Positions 17,381 through 26,705 of a DNA stretch of 64,000 nt are shown here, one piece after another. The stretch is from a virus. The position numbers and the translations under genes are program-made. Within the stretch, counting starts at the first letter, position 1. Each line of letters opens with the position of its first letter. A model generated the notes under the pieces. That model searched no databases. It saw only the letters and a program-made list of their open reading frames with translations, and was not told the DNA's origin. The stretch spans positions 1-64,000 of IMG/VR virus record IMGVR_UViG_3300031669_000001; one strand, written 5' to 3'.

Positions 17381-17756
17381 TCTTACCTCCACGAAGCGCT
17401 TGCAATCTCTTCTCAGCTAACTCAGCTAACTCACGAGCCCTTTCTGACTGTGCGATTGCTGCTTTCAGACGCTGAACCGTTTTCTTTTCTGTGGCGATCC
17501 GCTTTCTTTTATTGGCTTCACCTTTTATCTGAGACAGCGGTGTCTTCTTGATGACTGACATTGAACCGTCATCCTCATTAATGTCATACTCAATAAGGAT
17601 TAAATTGCTCATGTCTCGACCATAGTTTGCATAGTTTAGGTGACAGCTAACGTGACCAAGTGCAGACCACATCTTTCCCTTCTTTGAAAAATTACAGCGT
17701 TCTCCGCCACAGGAAAATAATTTGTCGGTATTTCTTTGAATCTTGAAGATCTTCAC
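17373..17756 (-). CDS. hypothetical protein
   Basis: 127-aa ORF with a basic coiled-coil C-terminus. Confidence 0.6.
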   Translation of the reverse strand: MKIFKIQRNTDKLFSCGGERCNFSKKGKMWSALGHVSCHLNYANYGRDMSNLILIEYDINEDDGSMSVIKKTPLSQIKGEANKRKRIATEKKTVQRLKAAIAQSERARELAELAEKRLQALRGGKNV

Positions 17757-18250
17757 GCTAACACATCCACCTCTTCAATGTTGTAATCGACGTTTTCAAT
17801 GTAAAGATACCGTTGCTCGAAGAATGGATGTCCCTTAGGATATCCCAATGACAACAGCAAGGCTTTTTCACGGGCTGTAATTATCTTCTGACGAGCTTTA
17901 AAGAACGCCTCGTTACGCTTCGCGATTCGTTTGTTCTTTAGTTCGATCTTCGTGCGCTCATTGCGCATCTTCTGGGTGATCTGTTCTTTGCCGAGTCCTG
18001 GCGCCCAGCGAGGATACGGCAAGAGATGTTCACACTCAACCTTACCAAGTTCACCGTCTATAACGTCGCGGAGTTCTCGAAGCTTTTCAGCAGCTTCCGT
18101 GTCTTTTACATGTTCCGCTTCTAACTCCAAGACTTTGGCTTCTGCCTTTGCCTTGTCAGCTGTTACAGCTTCATTTTTAGACCAAGAATCGTCGTAGCGG
18201 CCGCCAGATGCAACTATCAGGTACATGATGTCTGTCATTATGTGTTCCAC
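17753..18250 (-). CDS. hypothetical coiled-coil protein
   Basis: 165-aa ORF. The start may instead be 18238 (TAATG overlap). Confidence 0.6.
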   Translation of the reverse strand: MEHIMTDIMYLIVASGGRYDDSWSKNEAVTADKAKAEAKVLELEAEHVKDTEAAEKLRELRDVIDGELGKVECEHLLPYPRWAPGLGKEQITQKMRNERTKIELKNKRIAKRNEAFFKARQKIITAREKALLLSLGYPKGHPFFEQRYLYIENVDYNIEEVDVLA

Positions 18251-18423
18251 AAAATGGTTGTAAAAATTATCAGAGCTTCAATCCACCATAATCCTATCAA
18301 CATTGGACGAAGATTTCGATTCAAACGTTCGTAGTACATTGCGATCAAAATTCCAGGAACGAACAGTGGAATGACCAACAATGAGAAGAAGAAAGAGTTA
18401 TCCATTTCAGAACTTTGGATCAA
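18238..18423 (-). CDS. small membrane protein
   Basis: Two hydrophobic segments. Confidence 0.45.
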   Translation of the reverse strand: MIQSSEMDNSFFFSLLVIPLFVPGILIAMYYERLNRNLRPMLIGLWWIEALIIFTTILWNT

Positions 18424-18673
18424 ACTCGCAGCCTACATCGACTGGCGCAAACTCTGGATTTTGTTGGAGAAGATATTCTACTTCCGCTGCATCTTCTTCA
18501 GCAAGAAAGGCTTCGAAATCATTCAATAGAGAAGAAACGAGGCAATTGTCGATCTTGGCATCGCCATCGATAACCATGATGCCATACTTAACATTACGAG
18601 AAATGGCAAATTCTACAAGATCAGCTTCAGGAAAACCGTTATGATTTGCGATCATAGCTACTGTGCTCCACAT
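18407..18673 (-). CDS. hypothetical acidic protein
   Basis: Start at MWSTVAM (GGAGG SD), first gene after promoter 18705..18732. Confidence 0.6.
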   Translation of the reverse strand: MWSTVAMIANHNGFPEADLVEFAISRNVKYGIMVIDGDAKIDNCLVSSLLNDFEAFLAEEDAAEVEYLLQQNPEFAPVDVGCEFDPKF

Positions 18674-18704
18674 AGTTACCTCCATTGCAATTTACGATAA
18701 GGTA

Positions 18705-18732
18705 ATTATAACACAATGGCACAAAAAGTAAA
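18705..18732 (-). promoter_or_regulatory. early sigma70-like phage promoter
   Basis: -35 TTTACT, 16-nt spacer, -10 TATAAT. Confidence 0.65.
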
Positions 18733-18742
18733 CACTTTTGTG

Positions 18743-19108
18743 CTATCCGCGACGCATCTTAGAGATATCGATAGCATTCTCAGCAGAAAATACTGGAACA
18801 GAGTTTGACTTGTGCATCGTTGCAATGCCAATCATGGCGGTGCCGGTGTAGACGTTGCGATCTTTCTTGAAAGTTTCGATAGCGTTTGATTTGAGAGACT
18901 CAACGCGCTTGAAGTCCTCAGCTCCTTCTCGAAGAGGCTGAGGACTTTTCAGATCGATAGGTTGAAACTTCGTGCTTTCATTCTTGACACCATAGTGCTT
19001 AAGGTGTCTTTCCCATTCCAATGATCTTTTTGTTTTCTGTTTCCTCGTTAACTTTGAAGTTTGCAGAGTGTAGATCAACATGCTTGTGCCTCTTCTTATT
19101 GCGCTCAT
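18743..19108 (-). CDS. hypothetical protein
   Basis: 121-aa ORF. The likely start is 19081 (AAGAGG SD). Overlaps the upstream ORF by 83-110 nt. Confidence 0.45.
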   Translation of the reverse strand: MSAIRRGTSMLIYTLQTSKLTRKQKTKRSLEWERHLKHYGVKNESTKFQPIDLKSPQPLREGAEDFKRVESLKSNAIETFKKDRNVYTGTAMIGIATMHKSNSVPVFSAENAIDISKMRRG

Positions 19109-19481
19109 AGCGCTCGTGTTCTAACCATTTTCTATTCAGTTCTTCTTTTCGAATCTTTTCTTCTTTATGGCGTTGTTCTTCAACCTGGTGTTCTCGAATC
19201 AAAGCTTCCTTCTTATAAATCTGAGACATCAGATCGTAACCAACTGAGGTGCACATCTGATAGAAAGCGATGTAAGCGTCAGCTGGATTTTTTGTTTTTA
19301 ACTTGTAAGCGTCAGTGTTGAGACCACTGTAAGGGAAATCTTTCGAAGAAACGGTGCGGGAGTTTATCTGTTCAAGAGGAACCCCAACGTCACGGAGAGT
19401 GACAACGCTGCGAGCATACAACCCAATTTTATCACACTGTTTATCGATAGGTTTTGTTGGTGCCGAAGCACATCCTACCAA
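18999..19481 (-). CDS. hypothetical protein with K/R/E-rich C-terminus
   Basis: 160-aa ORF with only a TTG start available. Confidence 0.45.
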   Translation of the reverse strand: MVGCASAPTKPIDKQCDKIGLYARSVVTLRDVGVPLEQINSRTVSSKDFPYSGLNTDAYKLKTKNPADAYIAFYQMCTSVGYDLMSQIYKKEALIREHQVEEQRHKEEKIRKEELNRKWLEHERYERNKKRHKHVDLHSANFKVNEETENKKIIGMGKTP

Positions 19482-19489
19482 TAATTATT

Positions 19490-20863
19490 TCAATGTTTGA
19501 GGATAGGAACAGTCTTGCCATGTATCTCTAACGAGAACGTGTAAAATTTGTTCTTGTTGACTTCAGCAACCAGCTCCTCGAAAAACTTCTCAGGCTCTAC
19601 CTTGTATTTCTGCACGTTACCTTGCTGCCAATTGCGAGGTAGCTCCTTGTTCGACAAGATAGCATCATCCCATTTAAGGTTGACGGTGTTACCATCAACT
19701 ATAACAGGTAAGAATCCTTGAGTGTCACAATTGCTACGTTTAACGCTCAACGCCAGACAATGTCTTATAATTTCACGGGCATTGAGATCCGTATTGATAA
19801 ACTGTGGAAGGTAAAAGTTTCCATCCTTCTCCATCACTACAAATTGGCTCATCAAATCTGTCTTCGATAACACTTCAGCATCCTGAAGATCTTCGACGTA
19901 CATATTGTTAGCGGAATTGTAACGTTGATTCTTCAAGACTATCTTTTCCCTGGTGAAGATATTCTTCACCTCATTCTTGATGAGCATTGCGTCGCTCTCT
20001 GCAAACTTGGCTTTAGCAGCGTAAACCACCTTGGCGCCGTAGGTGTCTCCAGCGATGGAGAGTGAAGGTTGCTGTTGGTTAACCCTGTCCAGCGCCCAAT
20101 TGAGAATGAAATCGTGATCACCTTGAAAAGCTTTCTTAAGCTCAGCGATCTTTGGAGTGCTTGGAAGATCGATAGAAGATTTTGCGGTTGGAATCATCAG
20201 GTAACGGTCCTTTACTACAAACTTCGTCAGTTGGTGTTGAACGTAGTTGCGACCGTAGTAAGTAACAGTAGGCTTACCATCTTTGTCAAGCTTCAAATCT
20301 TCAGTGGTTTGAACGAGACAGCAGACCTTACCAAAGTATTGAGCTTCTGTTCCATCCACCATCGTTACCAGATCGCCAGGTTTGAGGCTCTTGAGAGTGA
20401 ACTTGTCAGAGCTCTTCATGCGTGTGGTTTGAGCGAAGGCAGCCTGATACTCTTCTGAATTTTCAAGCAACAGCGCGTTCTTAGCACCATCACGGGCGTA
20501 CAGACACTTACCCTTGATCAAACCGTTCTCGATGGTTGTCAACTCCATGAGCATCATGAGGTTGCCAGACGTGATCTCAATCTCGAAACCGCGAGGGTCT
20601 TCAACGCGCCAGACAGACGCGCCGCTACCAAACCAATCCCTTGAACGAGTAACGTCGCCGACGAAGCGGAAGCCTTCGACAGGTACGTTGTCGATGGTTA
20701 CGTAAGAGGCATTTTTTCCTGCCCAGCCTTCAACTGTACTCTTACGTTTATTGGCTGCAGAATCTTTTCCTTCTGGTGTTGCAAATCCAAGTGGAAACTT
20801 TCCACCCATTCCACAGCTTGTACCACTACGCTTACCTACAAAGTATTGGTCAGGAAAGTGCAT
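19490..20863 (-). CDS. hypothetical protein
   Basis: 457-aa ORF with no motif I recognise. Confidence 0.7.
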   Translation of the reverse strand: MHFPDQYFVGKRSGTSCGMGGKFPLGFATPEGKDSAANKRKSTVEGWAGKNASYVTIDNVPVEGFRFVGDVTRSRDWFGSGASVWRVEDPRGFEIEITSGNLMMLMELTTIENGLIKGKCLYARDGAKNALLLENSEEYQAAFAQTTRMKSSDKFTLKSLKPGDLVTMVDGTEAQYFGKVCCLVQTTEDLKLDKDGKPTVTYYGRNYVQHQLTKFVVKDRYLMIPTAKSSIDLPSTPKIAELKKAFQGDHDFILNWALDRVNQQQPSLSIAGDTYGAKVVYAAKAKFAESDAMLIKNEVKNIFTREKIVLKNQRYNSANNMYVEDLQDAEVLSKTDLMSQFVVMEKDGNFYLPQFINTDLNAREIIRHCLALSVKRSNCDTQGFLPVIVDGNTVNLKWDDAILSNKELPRNWQQGNVQKYKVEPEKFFEELVAEVNKNKFYTFSLEIHGKTVPILKH

Positions 20864-20865
20864 CG

Positions 20866-21126
20866 TTATTCTCCGTCGTCGAAATTGTCTTCGTTGTCTT
20901 CAGCTTTCTTACGCCCTTCAAGATCAGTTGGCTGCAGTGGGAACTCACCTTGAATCTGGCCACAGTCTGCACAGTATTCAAATTGAATGTCATCTCCACC
21001 ACCAACGCCTAGATCATCAGGCACGTAGCCTTCATGTTCTTTTTCTCCGATGGAGCACACGCACAAGTCGCTGACCTTACCATACAGGTTGACTATCCTG
21101 TCACTCTTACACTTTTGACATCTCAT
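20866..21126 (-). CDS. zinc-ribbon protein
   Basis: CQKC ... CADCG pairs and an acidic C-terminus. Confidence 0.6.
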   Translation of the reverse strand: MRCQKCKSDRIVNLYGKVSDLCVCSIGEKEHEGYVPDDLGVGGGDDIQFEYCADCGQIQGEFPLQPTDLEGRKKAEDNEDNFDDGE

Positions 21127-21205
21127 TGCTTTTTCCTTTACTTAGTTATTTGTGCTCTAATTGCAGACCATGGAACTTCTATAGTTGTTCCATCCTCGTC
21201 TCCAT

Positions 21206-22390
21206 TCATCGTGAACCTCTCAAGTTATAAAATTTGCGCAGCCATTCTACCATCCACGCGTCGAACTTCTTCATAAATTCAGCGTTACACTCTGGAAGGT
21301 CTGTTGTTTTTTCCAGATCCTTTAGCTCGTCAAGCTTTGAAGCAAGCTCTTCCTTGATAGGATCGAGTGGAAGTTCTCCACGCTTGATTGACAGGAGGTG
21401 GTTTACGTAATTTTCATCAAATGGGAACGACAGCTTCCGAGTTGACAGGATTTGAAGACCCTCATCAACGATGCGCAGCGCGTGCATGGTAGCCTTCCAA
21501 TCAACGTTGTTTGCAGTCGCAGCGTCGGCACGAGATCCATATTTCTTCTCAAGAGCGTGAACAACTTTGAGGGTCTGGATCAAACTGTTTGTGAACGGTA
21601 GGGTCTTCTCGAGGATCACAGCGCAAGGCTTCATCACACCGCCACCGATGTCATATTCTTCCAGGCGGAAGTACTTTGGAAACTTCTTGGCTAGATCGTT
21701 GAGCAGGCCGGAGTACCGAGGAGTCTGATAGATTTCGCTCAGCTTCATCTCATCTTCTTTGTAGTAGACGTCAGCGTCACCTATGATCACTTGAAGTTCA
21801 CGCACAGCGTTCAGCCTCTCACCCTTGAATGAGTAAAGAGAAGCTTGGTTGACAACGTAACCCATCATCGCTTTGATGTTAGACGTCAGGAATTTGGTGC
21901 GAAGTTCACGCACGAACTGTACGAAGAGAGGAACTTCGTAGTCGTAATCGTCAAACTGAACATCACGAATTGCAATCATAAAGTCATACATTGGTCCATC
22001 AACTGCAGAAGTTCCAATGCAGTATCGTCCAACCTCTCCACGCGGATCGAAGATCTTCTGTTCAGCGTGATCGCCTTCCATAGCGAACGCAAGTTCGATT
22101 GCGTATGTTTGACCTTCAACGAAGTGACGAGCGAAGATTTGCAGAGGGATGAACTCTTCATCCACGTCATCTGCAGAGTTTCGGGTGTGCTCTACTTTGT
22201 TTGTCTTCTTAACCTTCGCTTCGAGCTTCTTACCTAACAACATATCGTCAAGATCAGGCAGCACGATATGCTTGATGTCGCGATCAGAGGCTGGAGTAGA
22301 AGTTCCGTAGAGCTTCGATCCATAGAGAGTTGTAAAAAGTTTTTTCACGTTAGGAGGTTCTTTCTTTTGACGGTTCCACATTTTGTACAT
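21206..22390 (-). CDS. Pol-beta superfamily nucleotidyltransferase (RlaP/PF10127-like)
   Basis: LYGSKLYGTSTPASDRDIKHIV matches the GS...DxD nucleotidyltransferase signature. Confidence 0.55.
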   Translation of the reverse strand: MYKMWNRQKKEPPNVKKLFTTLYGSKLYGTSTPASDRDIKHIVLPDLDDMLLGKKLEAKVKKTNKVEHTRNSADDVDEEFIPLQIFARHFVEGQTYAIELAFAMEGDHAEQKIFDPRGEVGRYCIGTSAVDGPMYDFMIAIRDVQFDDYDYEVPLFVQFVRELRTKFLTSNIKAMMGYVVNQASLYSFKGERLNAVRELQVIIGDADVYYKEDEMKLSEIYQTPRYSGLLNDLAKKFPKYFRLEEYDIGGGVMKPCAVILEKTLPFTNSLIQTLKVVHALEKKYGSRADAATANNVDWKATMHALRIVDEGLQILSTRKLSFPFDENYVNHLLSIKRGELPLDPIKEELASKLDELKDLEKTTDLPECNAEFMKKFDAWMVEWLRKFYNLRGSR

Positions 22391-22506
22391 TGAAGGTCGT
22401 AATAGCTTCCACAGGGTACGCCATTATTTGTAATTTTGCCCTGAAAGTTAATTTTCCATTGGTGATCACAGCCACCCCAAATCAGATGCCACAAAAATTT
22501 TATCAC
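22345..22506 (-). CDS. possible 53-aa Cys-containing peptide
   Basis: GTG start after AGGA. Overlaps the nucleotidyltransferase start by 46 nt. Confidence 0.25.
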   Translation of the reverse strand: MIKFLWHLIWGGCDHQWKINFQGKITNNGVPCGSYYDLQCTKCGTVKRKNLLT

Positions 22507-22531
22507 TTTTTAATCCTGTCGTATTTTGAGT

Positions 22532-22675
22532 TCATTTCGAGTGAGCGGGGAATTCATCAGTGCATCCCAGATGGGTGTCTATCTTGATTTTGAATGAAAC
22601 TGGCGCGCTTGGCTGCTTCAGCGTTGGAGGCGCGGTTTTTGTCACAGTTTTAGTTTTACTGAACAGCTTAAACAC
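22532..22675 (-). CDS. possible 47-aa peptide, first ORF after promoter
   Basis: GTG start 7 nt after GAGGA, at the usual distance from the -10 of promoter 22704..22732. Confidence 0.3.
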   Translation of the reverse strand: MFKLFSKTKTVTKTAPPTLKQPSAPVSFKIKIDTHLGCTDEFPAHSK

Positions 22676-22703
22676 ATTACATCCTCATTCAATCTATAGG
22701 CGC

Positions 22704-22732
22704 ATTTTAACACAAAAGAACTCAAAAGTAAA
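22704..22732 (-). promoter_or_regulatory. early sigma70-like phage promoter
   Basis: -35 TTTACT, 17-nt spacer, -10 TAAAAT. Confidence 0.6.
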
Positions 22733-22794
22733 CAGAAAAGTGAGCCGGTGCACCAAATAAATAAATCTAGAAACTAACCTATACGAGATCAAAC

Positions 22795-23211
22795 ATGGCT
22801 AAAGTACATCCAATAATTTTCGAAGAACTTCAAGATGACAAAAATCTTCTTTTCTTGACGCTGATCGAGTACAAGAAGGTCAAGTACCTCACCATCGTCG
22901 AAAACATCATCGACACAGAGATTCAAGCTTACATCCTTGACAACCTAGCTGCAGAAGGTATCGATCAAGATTGGTTCTTGAGCGTGGCTACTAAGTGGTT
23001 CTATGCTGCTTCTGACAGATACCCACTTTCTTTTGAGTTTGCGAAACTTGGCAACGGTGACGTTGTTAGGAAGTCTCTCAAGACTTTCAACATCAACTCT
23101 ACATCTCGAATCATTGGGAAGTTGTTCACCTACGACATCAACAGCAAGCCAAAGATCAAGCGTAGGAAGGTAGTTGCGATGCCTGAAAACGCTGAGATCA
23201 AATTCAAATAG
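22795..23211 (+). CDS. hypothetical protein (+ strand)
   Basis: 138-aa ORF in a divergent region. Confidence 0.6.
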   Translation: MAKVHPIIFEELQDDKNLLFLTLIEYKKVKYLTIVENIIDTEIQAYILDNLAAEGIDQDWFLSVATKWFYAASDRYPLSFEFAKLGNGDVVRKSLKTFNINSTSRIIGKLFTYDINSKPKIKRRKVVAMPENAEIKFK

Positions 23212-23219
23212 GAGACATC

Positions 23220-23663
23220 ATGAACTGCTGTGATACAACTTTAGCTGCACAAGGCACTTATTGCTGCCCTATTTGCATGAAAGATACCCCTCACTCGCAT
23301 TCGTTTGACAAGTGGATAGGTGTAGACTTTGATGGAACTGTTGCATACTCTATTCCAAATCGAACTGACGCTTACGTTCTTGGAGAACCAATTCCAACTA
23401 TGATCTATCGCATCAGAGATTGGGTGGCTAAAGGTTACACCGTTAAACTTTTGACAGCTAGGATGAACGAACAATCTAGCACAGGCATCACCAGAGACGT
23501 CAACAAGATGAAGCAATTGCTGCAGGAATGGTGTGTCAAACACATCGGGGTAGCGCTTGAATGTACAAATTCAAAAGACGGTTGGATGGAAGTATTGTGG
23601 GATGACAGAGCTGTTGGAGTTATCCCTGATACAGGAATGCCTACTCAATCGTTTACGGCTTGA
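23220..23663 (+). CDS. HAD-superfamily phosphatase-like protein with N-terminal Cys/His cluster
   Basis: IGVDFDGTVA is HAD motif I (DxDGT) and VKLLTAR is motif II. The N-terminus carries CCPIC...HSH. Confidence 0.45.
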   Translation: MNCCDTTLAAQGTYCCPICMKDTPHSHSFDKWIGVDFDGTVAYSIPNRTDAYVLGEPIPTMIYRIRDWVAKGYTVKLLTARMNEQSSTGITRDVNKMKQLLQEWCVKHIGVALECTNSKDGWMEVLWDDRAVGVIPDTGMPTQSFTA

Positions 23664-23669
23664 GAAATC

Positions 23670-24830
23670 TTACCCATAGTATCCGCGATTAATGTTTACG
23701 CTAAAGCAGTGATCTTTCGCCCATGCATCTACAAGGGTAAGCTCTTCTGCTGTTGCGGCACGGTTAGCGATCCCGCGCGCCTGGACTATCGAACCAGCCT
23801 CAGTTACTTCAATCGTCAACTTACGGTGAGTTCCACCATATTCATCCTCGTTAGAGAGCGACCAGATAGAAACAGAACCCTTGATACAGCGATCTTTGTA
23901 GCTTAATACGCAGTGTCGTTGGGAGTTACCTTCCTGTTGAAGGTCCTTAGCGGTCTTGATCTGCTTGAAGAACCAGCGCTGTACCTTTCCAGTCCTAAAC
24001 TTTCGATTGTAAGTCTGATCTGGAACATCCAAGCCGTCCCAAGTTGCATTACCGATGACCTTCATTCGGCGAAGATCGTAGTGCCAGTCTTTCATCTTCT
24101 TGGTCAGAGATTCAACGGTCTGCCCAGAACCTGCTAGGGTGAAGGTTGGATTTCCAACGTGCTTGTGATTCAAATAGTCGACGAGATCGTTGATCTGATC
24201 GATGGTGATGTTATTTTCGTGAGCGAAGAATCGCATCACGTACTTCCAAAATTCGGTAGGCTTCTTCTCTACGAGCTTAGAACGAGCGACTCTAAGAGCG
24301 CTTCCGTCCTTCGCGCCAACGCACTTGCAGATTGCGTAGATGAGAGCCTGAGGGATGGTAAGATCGTACTTACAGTTCAAGAAGGCGTGAGTCTCCTTCT
24401 TGGACAAAGCTTTGTCCTTGAAGTATTCTTTGTAGAGAGAGCCACCAGTAGCAATGCAGATGTACCACATCTCAAATTCATGGTATCGTTGACGCGTGCC
24501 AGGAGCACGACCATATCCAGGTTGAACTGTATCGCCGCTATATTCCCAGATGTAGTTCATGAAGCTGGGAACAGGATACTTCTGAAAAACATAGCGAACC
24601 AACTCAAGAGTTTGCTTAGCGCGATTAGCGCTCTTGGTCTTCATCACGAAGAGGTTCTCATCGCGAACGAAATACTCTCGATACTCTTCAAGACGATTCA
24701 GCAGCGGAGGGTTAGCTTTTGCAGCAGCTTCTTTCTTCTCTTTATTTTGCTTGGCGATGCGAGCGGAAGCTGCGGCTAGCGCAGCTTCCTCGATTTCCAA
24801 TTTGTTTGGTTTTGGTTTCTTGCTGCTCAT
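23670..24830 (-). CDS. PcfJ-like domain protein
   Basis: C-terminal QQEGNSQRHCVLSYKDRCIKGSVSIWSL resembles the PcfJ family core. Start at 24830 (TAATG overlap). Confidence 0.5.
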   Translation of the reverse strand: MSSKKPKPNKLEIEEAALAAASARIAKQNKEKKEAAAKANPPLLNRLEEYREYFVRDENLFVMKTKSANRAKQTLELVRYVFQKYPVPSFMNYIWEYSGDTVQPGYGRAPGTRQRYHEFEMWYICIATGGSLYKEYFKDKALSKKETHAFLNCKYDLTIPQALIYAICKCVGAKDGSALRVARSKLVEKKPTEFWKYVMRFFAHENNITIDQINDLVDYLNHKHVGNPTFTLAGSGQTVESLTKKMKDWHYDLRRMKVIGNATWDGLDVPDQTYNRKFRTGKVQRWFFKQIKTAKDLQQEGNSQRHCVLSYKDRCIKGSVSIWSLSNEDEYGGTHRKLTIEVTEAGSIVQARGIANRAATAEELTLVDAWAKDHCFSVNINRGYYG

Positions 24831-25075
24831 TACTGTACGCAGACTCCTGGTGTACCACACGCACCTGTTACAAGAGCGAACAAGAGATGGAAGATAGAAC
24901 CTAGCACGTTAAAAAATCCGTAAATTATCGGCCAGAGAGCATCTGTCCAGAGCTGCGAAAGCAATCCTGTTTCAGCAAGAAACAGAAAGAAGAAGAAAGT
25001 AAAGATGCAGAGCATGACGAAAGATGTTTTTACCATCCAACGCGGTGCAAAAAAGTAAAAGAGTAGAGTTTTCAT
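24830..25075 (-). CDS. small membrane protein
   Basis: 81 aa with 3 hydrophobic helices. Confidence 0.55.
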   Translation of the reverse strand: MKTLLFYFFAPRWMVKTSFVMLCIFTFFFFLFLAETGLLSQLWTDALWPIIYGFFNVLGSIFHLLFALVTGACGTPGVCVQ

Positions 25076-25081
25076 GATAGC

Positions 25082-25384
25082 TTAATCGTTAAAGATCGTC
25101 ACTGTCGATCCGCGAAGATTCGGGAAAGCTTTGCAAGTTTCTTTCGTTGGTACGAGATGCCATGCTACAAAATCACCTTCGGCATCACGTTCGTAGTTGC
25201 TCATGATGAACTGTGCTTGATGAGAAGTACGAGAAGAGATCATCGTGAAACCGAGATCAGCAGAGTCAGGGTAGATTTGATCGAAAGGATTTACATCTTC
25301 GACGAGACGGCTGAGGCTTGACATCTCTGCAACAAATGACTTCTTGACGGCATCGTAAGAAAATTGCTTTGAGTTGACGATCAT
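25082..25384 (-). CDS. hypothetical protein
   Basis: 100-aa ORF, first after promoter 25415..25442, with a GGAGG SD. Confidence 0.65.
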   Translation of the reverse strand: MIVNSKQFSYDAVKKSFVAEMSSLSRLVEDVNPFDQIYPDSADLGFTMISSRTSHQAQFIMSNYERDAEGDFVAWHLVPTKETCKAFPNLRGSTVTIFND

Positions 25385-25414
25385 GATTACCTCCTGTATT
25401 GATTTGATGAGATA

Positions 25415-25442
25415 ATTATATCACAACCGTCAGAAAAGTACA
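25415..25442 (-). promoter_or_regulatory. early sigma70-like phage promoter
   Basis: -35 TGTACT, 16-nt spacer, -10 TATAAT. Confidence 0.7.
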
Positions 25443-25445
25443 CAC

Positions 25446-25970
25446 TTATTTGGCTGTAACTTGCTCATCCATGTACTTCCAGCTTGACTCAAGGTTTTGC
25501 TTGCACTGAGCCATGAAGTCTTTGTTGAAGGATGCCATCAAGTTGTTATCGATATCCCACCAGAAGTCAGAACGATAGCGCAAGTGGCGATCCACATATT
25601 CTTTCGCGCTCTTCCCCTTCAAAGTTTCTGGGACCTGAATAGCCTTGAACCAGTTTTCGATGCGGAGGCCTTTCTTCAGGTGACGTTTGTTGGAGCAAGC
25701 TTCTTGAAATTGAGTGCACCACTGTTCAAAGTCTTCATCAGACAGAGAAGTCAAGACCTGTAGGTTATCACCGTCAACGTTGAAGATGTTTGTTTCACGT
25801 AACGTCAGTTTATCTGCAGCGTGCTGCATCGCTCGTAGAGATTTTGGAAGGGCACCAAATTCAAATTCTGCCGAACCCATGTCATCCATGTTGACGGCCT
25901 GGGAGATTCGGTTTTCGATTGAAAGCGGTGTGTTGATAGTACCACGTTGAACCAGATAAACGTTGCGCAT
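25446..25970 (-). CDS. hypothetical protein
   Basis: 174-aa monocistronic unit lying between two promoters, with an AGGAGG SD. Confidence 0.7.
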   Translation of the reverse strand: MRNVYLVQRGTINTPLSIENRISQAVNMDDMGSAEFEFGALPKSLRAMQHAADKLTLRETNIFNVDGDNLQVLTSLSDEDFEQWCTQFQEACSNKRHLKKGLRIENWFKAIQVPETLKGKSAKEYVDRHLRYRSDFWWDIDNNLMASFNKDFMAQCKQNLESSWKYMDEQVTAK

Positions 25971-25995
25971 ATTTCCTCCTATTTTCGATGGAGTA

Positions 25996-26023
25996 ATTAT
26001 ATCACAGTGCAGCTAAAAGTACA
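25996..26023 (-). promoter_or_regulatory. early sigma70-like phage promoter
   Basis: -35 TGTACT, 16-nt spacer, -10 TATAAT, TTACTCCATCGAAA leader. Confidence 0.7.
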
Positions 26024-26602
26024 CTAAAATTTGATGCCACCTTTTATAAGGTGAAGTTGAAGCACGATAACTAGCGCGTAAGCTACAGCGTGTGCCTTCT
26101 TGAAAGCGTAACCTTCACTACCAGGCTCTCGCTTGTAAAGGTACTCTCTAGTCTCTGTCTTACCCTCGAGGTAGTACTTCAACAAGTAACGCTTTTGAGG
26201 ACGGATGAGAGCTAAGAAGTCTGCGAGCTCAATGATTGATCGAGGCTTGAGCTGCGTTAAAAGTTCATGATGCTTGGAGATTTGGAATAATTGCTGAACG
26301 ACTGATGGAATCTGCAGCAGCTCCCAATCAGGATCATGCTTCAGAAGCTCGGTGATCTCCTCACGGGAAGAGAAGTGATCATACACGTGGACGTGCAAGA
26401 AATCAATCTTGAAGTAACCCAGCTCTTCCGCTTGCTCGTAGGGGATGGCAGACAACCCGGTTAATGGATCCGTTGGAACGTTTTGGAAGTAGAGGCCGCA
26501 GGGGTGTGGCGACAACTTCCCGTCCTTGTACAGGGATGCCTTCACTGCAGATGGAAATGTCGATGAGTTGAAACTGCTCACTACGTCTATGTCGATGTCC
26601 AT
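26024..26602 (-). CDS. DNA polymerase III alpha (DnaE)-like fragment, palm/fingers remnant
   Basis: HPCGLYF, GYFKIDFLH (compare KFDFLGL), LALIRPQK (compare ALFRPGP), YAFKKAHAVAYALV (compare GFNKSHSAAYAL). Confidence 0.6.
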   Translation of the reverse strand: MDIDIDVVSSFNSSTFPSAVKASLYKDGKLSPHPCGLYFQNVPTDPLTGLSAIPYEQAEELGYFKIDFLHVHVYDHFSSREEITELLKHDPDWELLQIPSVVQQLFQISKHHELLTQLKPRSIIELADFLALIRPQKRYLLKYYLEGKTETREYLYKREPGSEGYAFKKAHAVAYALVIVLQLHLIKGGIKF

Positions 26603-26699
26603 TGCGGCTTTTCAAAAGTTTGAAGACAACCTTTTCATCAGCATGATACTCAGTATCGATACCGATGAACGGGAGGTCGTAGGGGATGTTCTTATTCAC
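26603..26699 (-). other. 5' segment of the DnaE-like gene in a different frame (needs a +1 shift at the A4 run 26609..26612)
   Basis: The GTG 26699 frame gives MNKNIPYDLPFIGIDTEYHADEKVVFKLLK. This aligns by eye with PDFDVDFCMEKRDQVIEHV, the catalytic-Asp region of DnaE. Confidence 0.45.
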
Positions 26700-26705
26700 G
26701 AGATG

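Noticed and set aside
26584-26602. MDIDIDV at the start of ORF 26024..26602 as the DnaE catalytic PDFDIDF motif.
   Set aside because: By-eye alignment places this segment at the DnaE ...YGRDAVSQIITFGT... region. The better match to the catalytic motif and the following EKRDQVIEHV helix is GIDTEYHADEKVVFKLL in the upstream frame.
26403-26699. The 98-aa ORF treated as an independent gene.
   Set aside because: Only its first 30 or so residues look protein-like and DnaE-related. After 26602 the other frame carries the DnaE motifs, while this frame becomes Arg/His/Ser junk. I interpret it as the upstream frame of a shifted gene.
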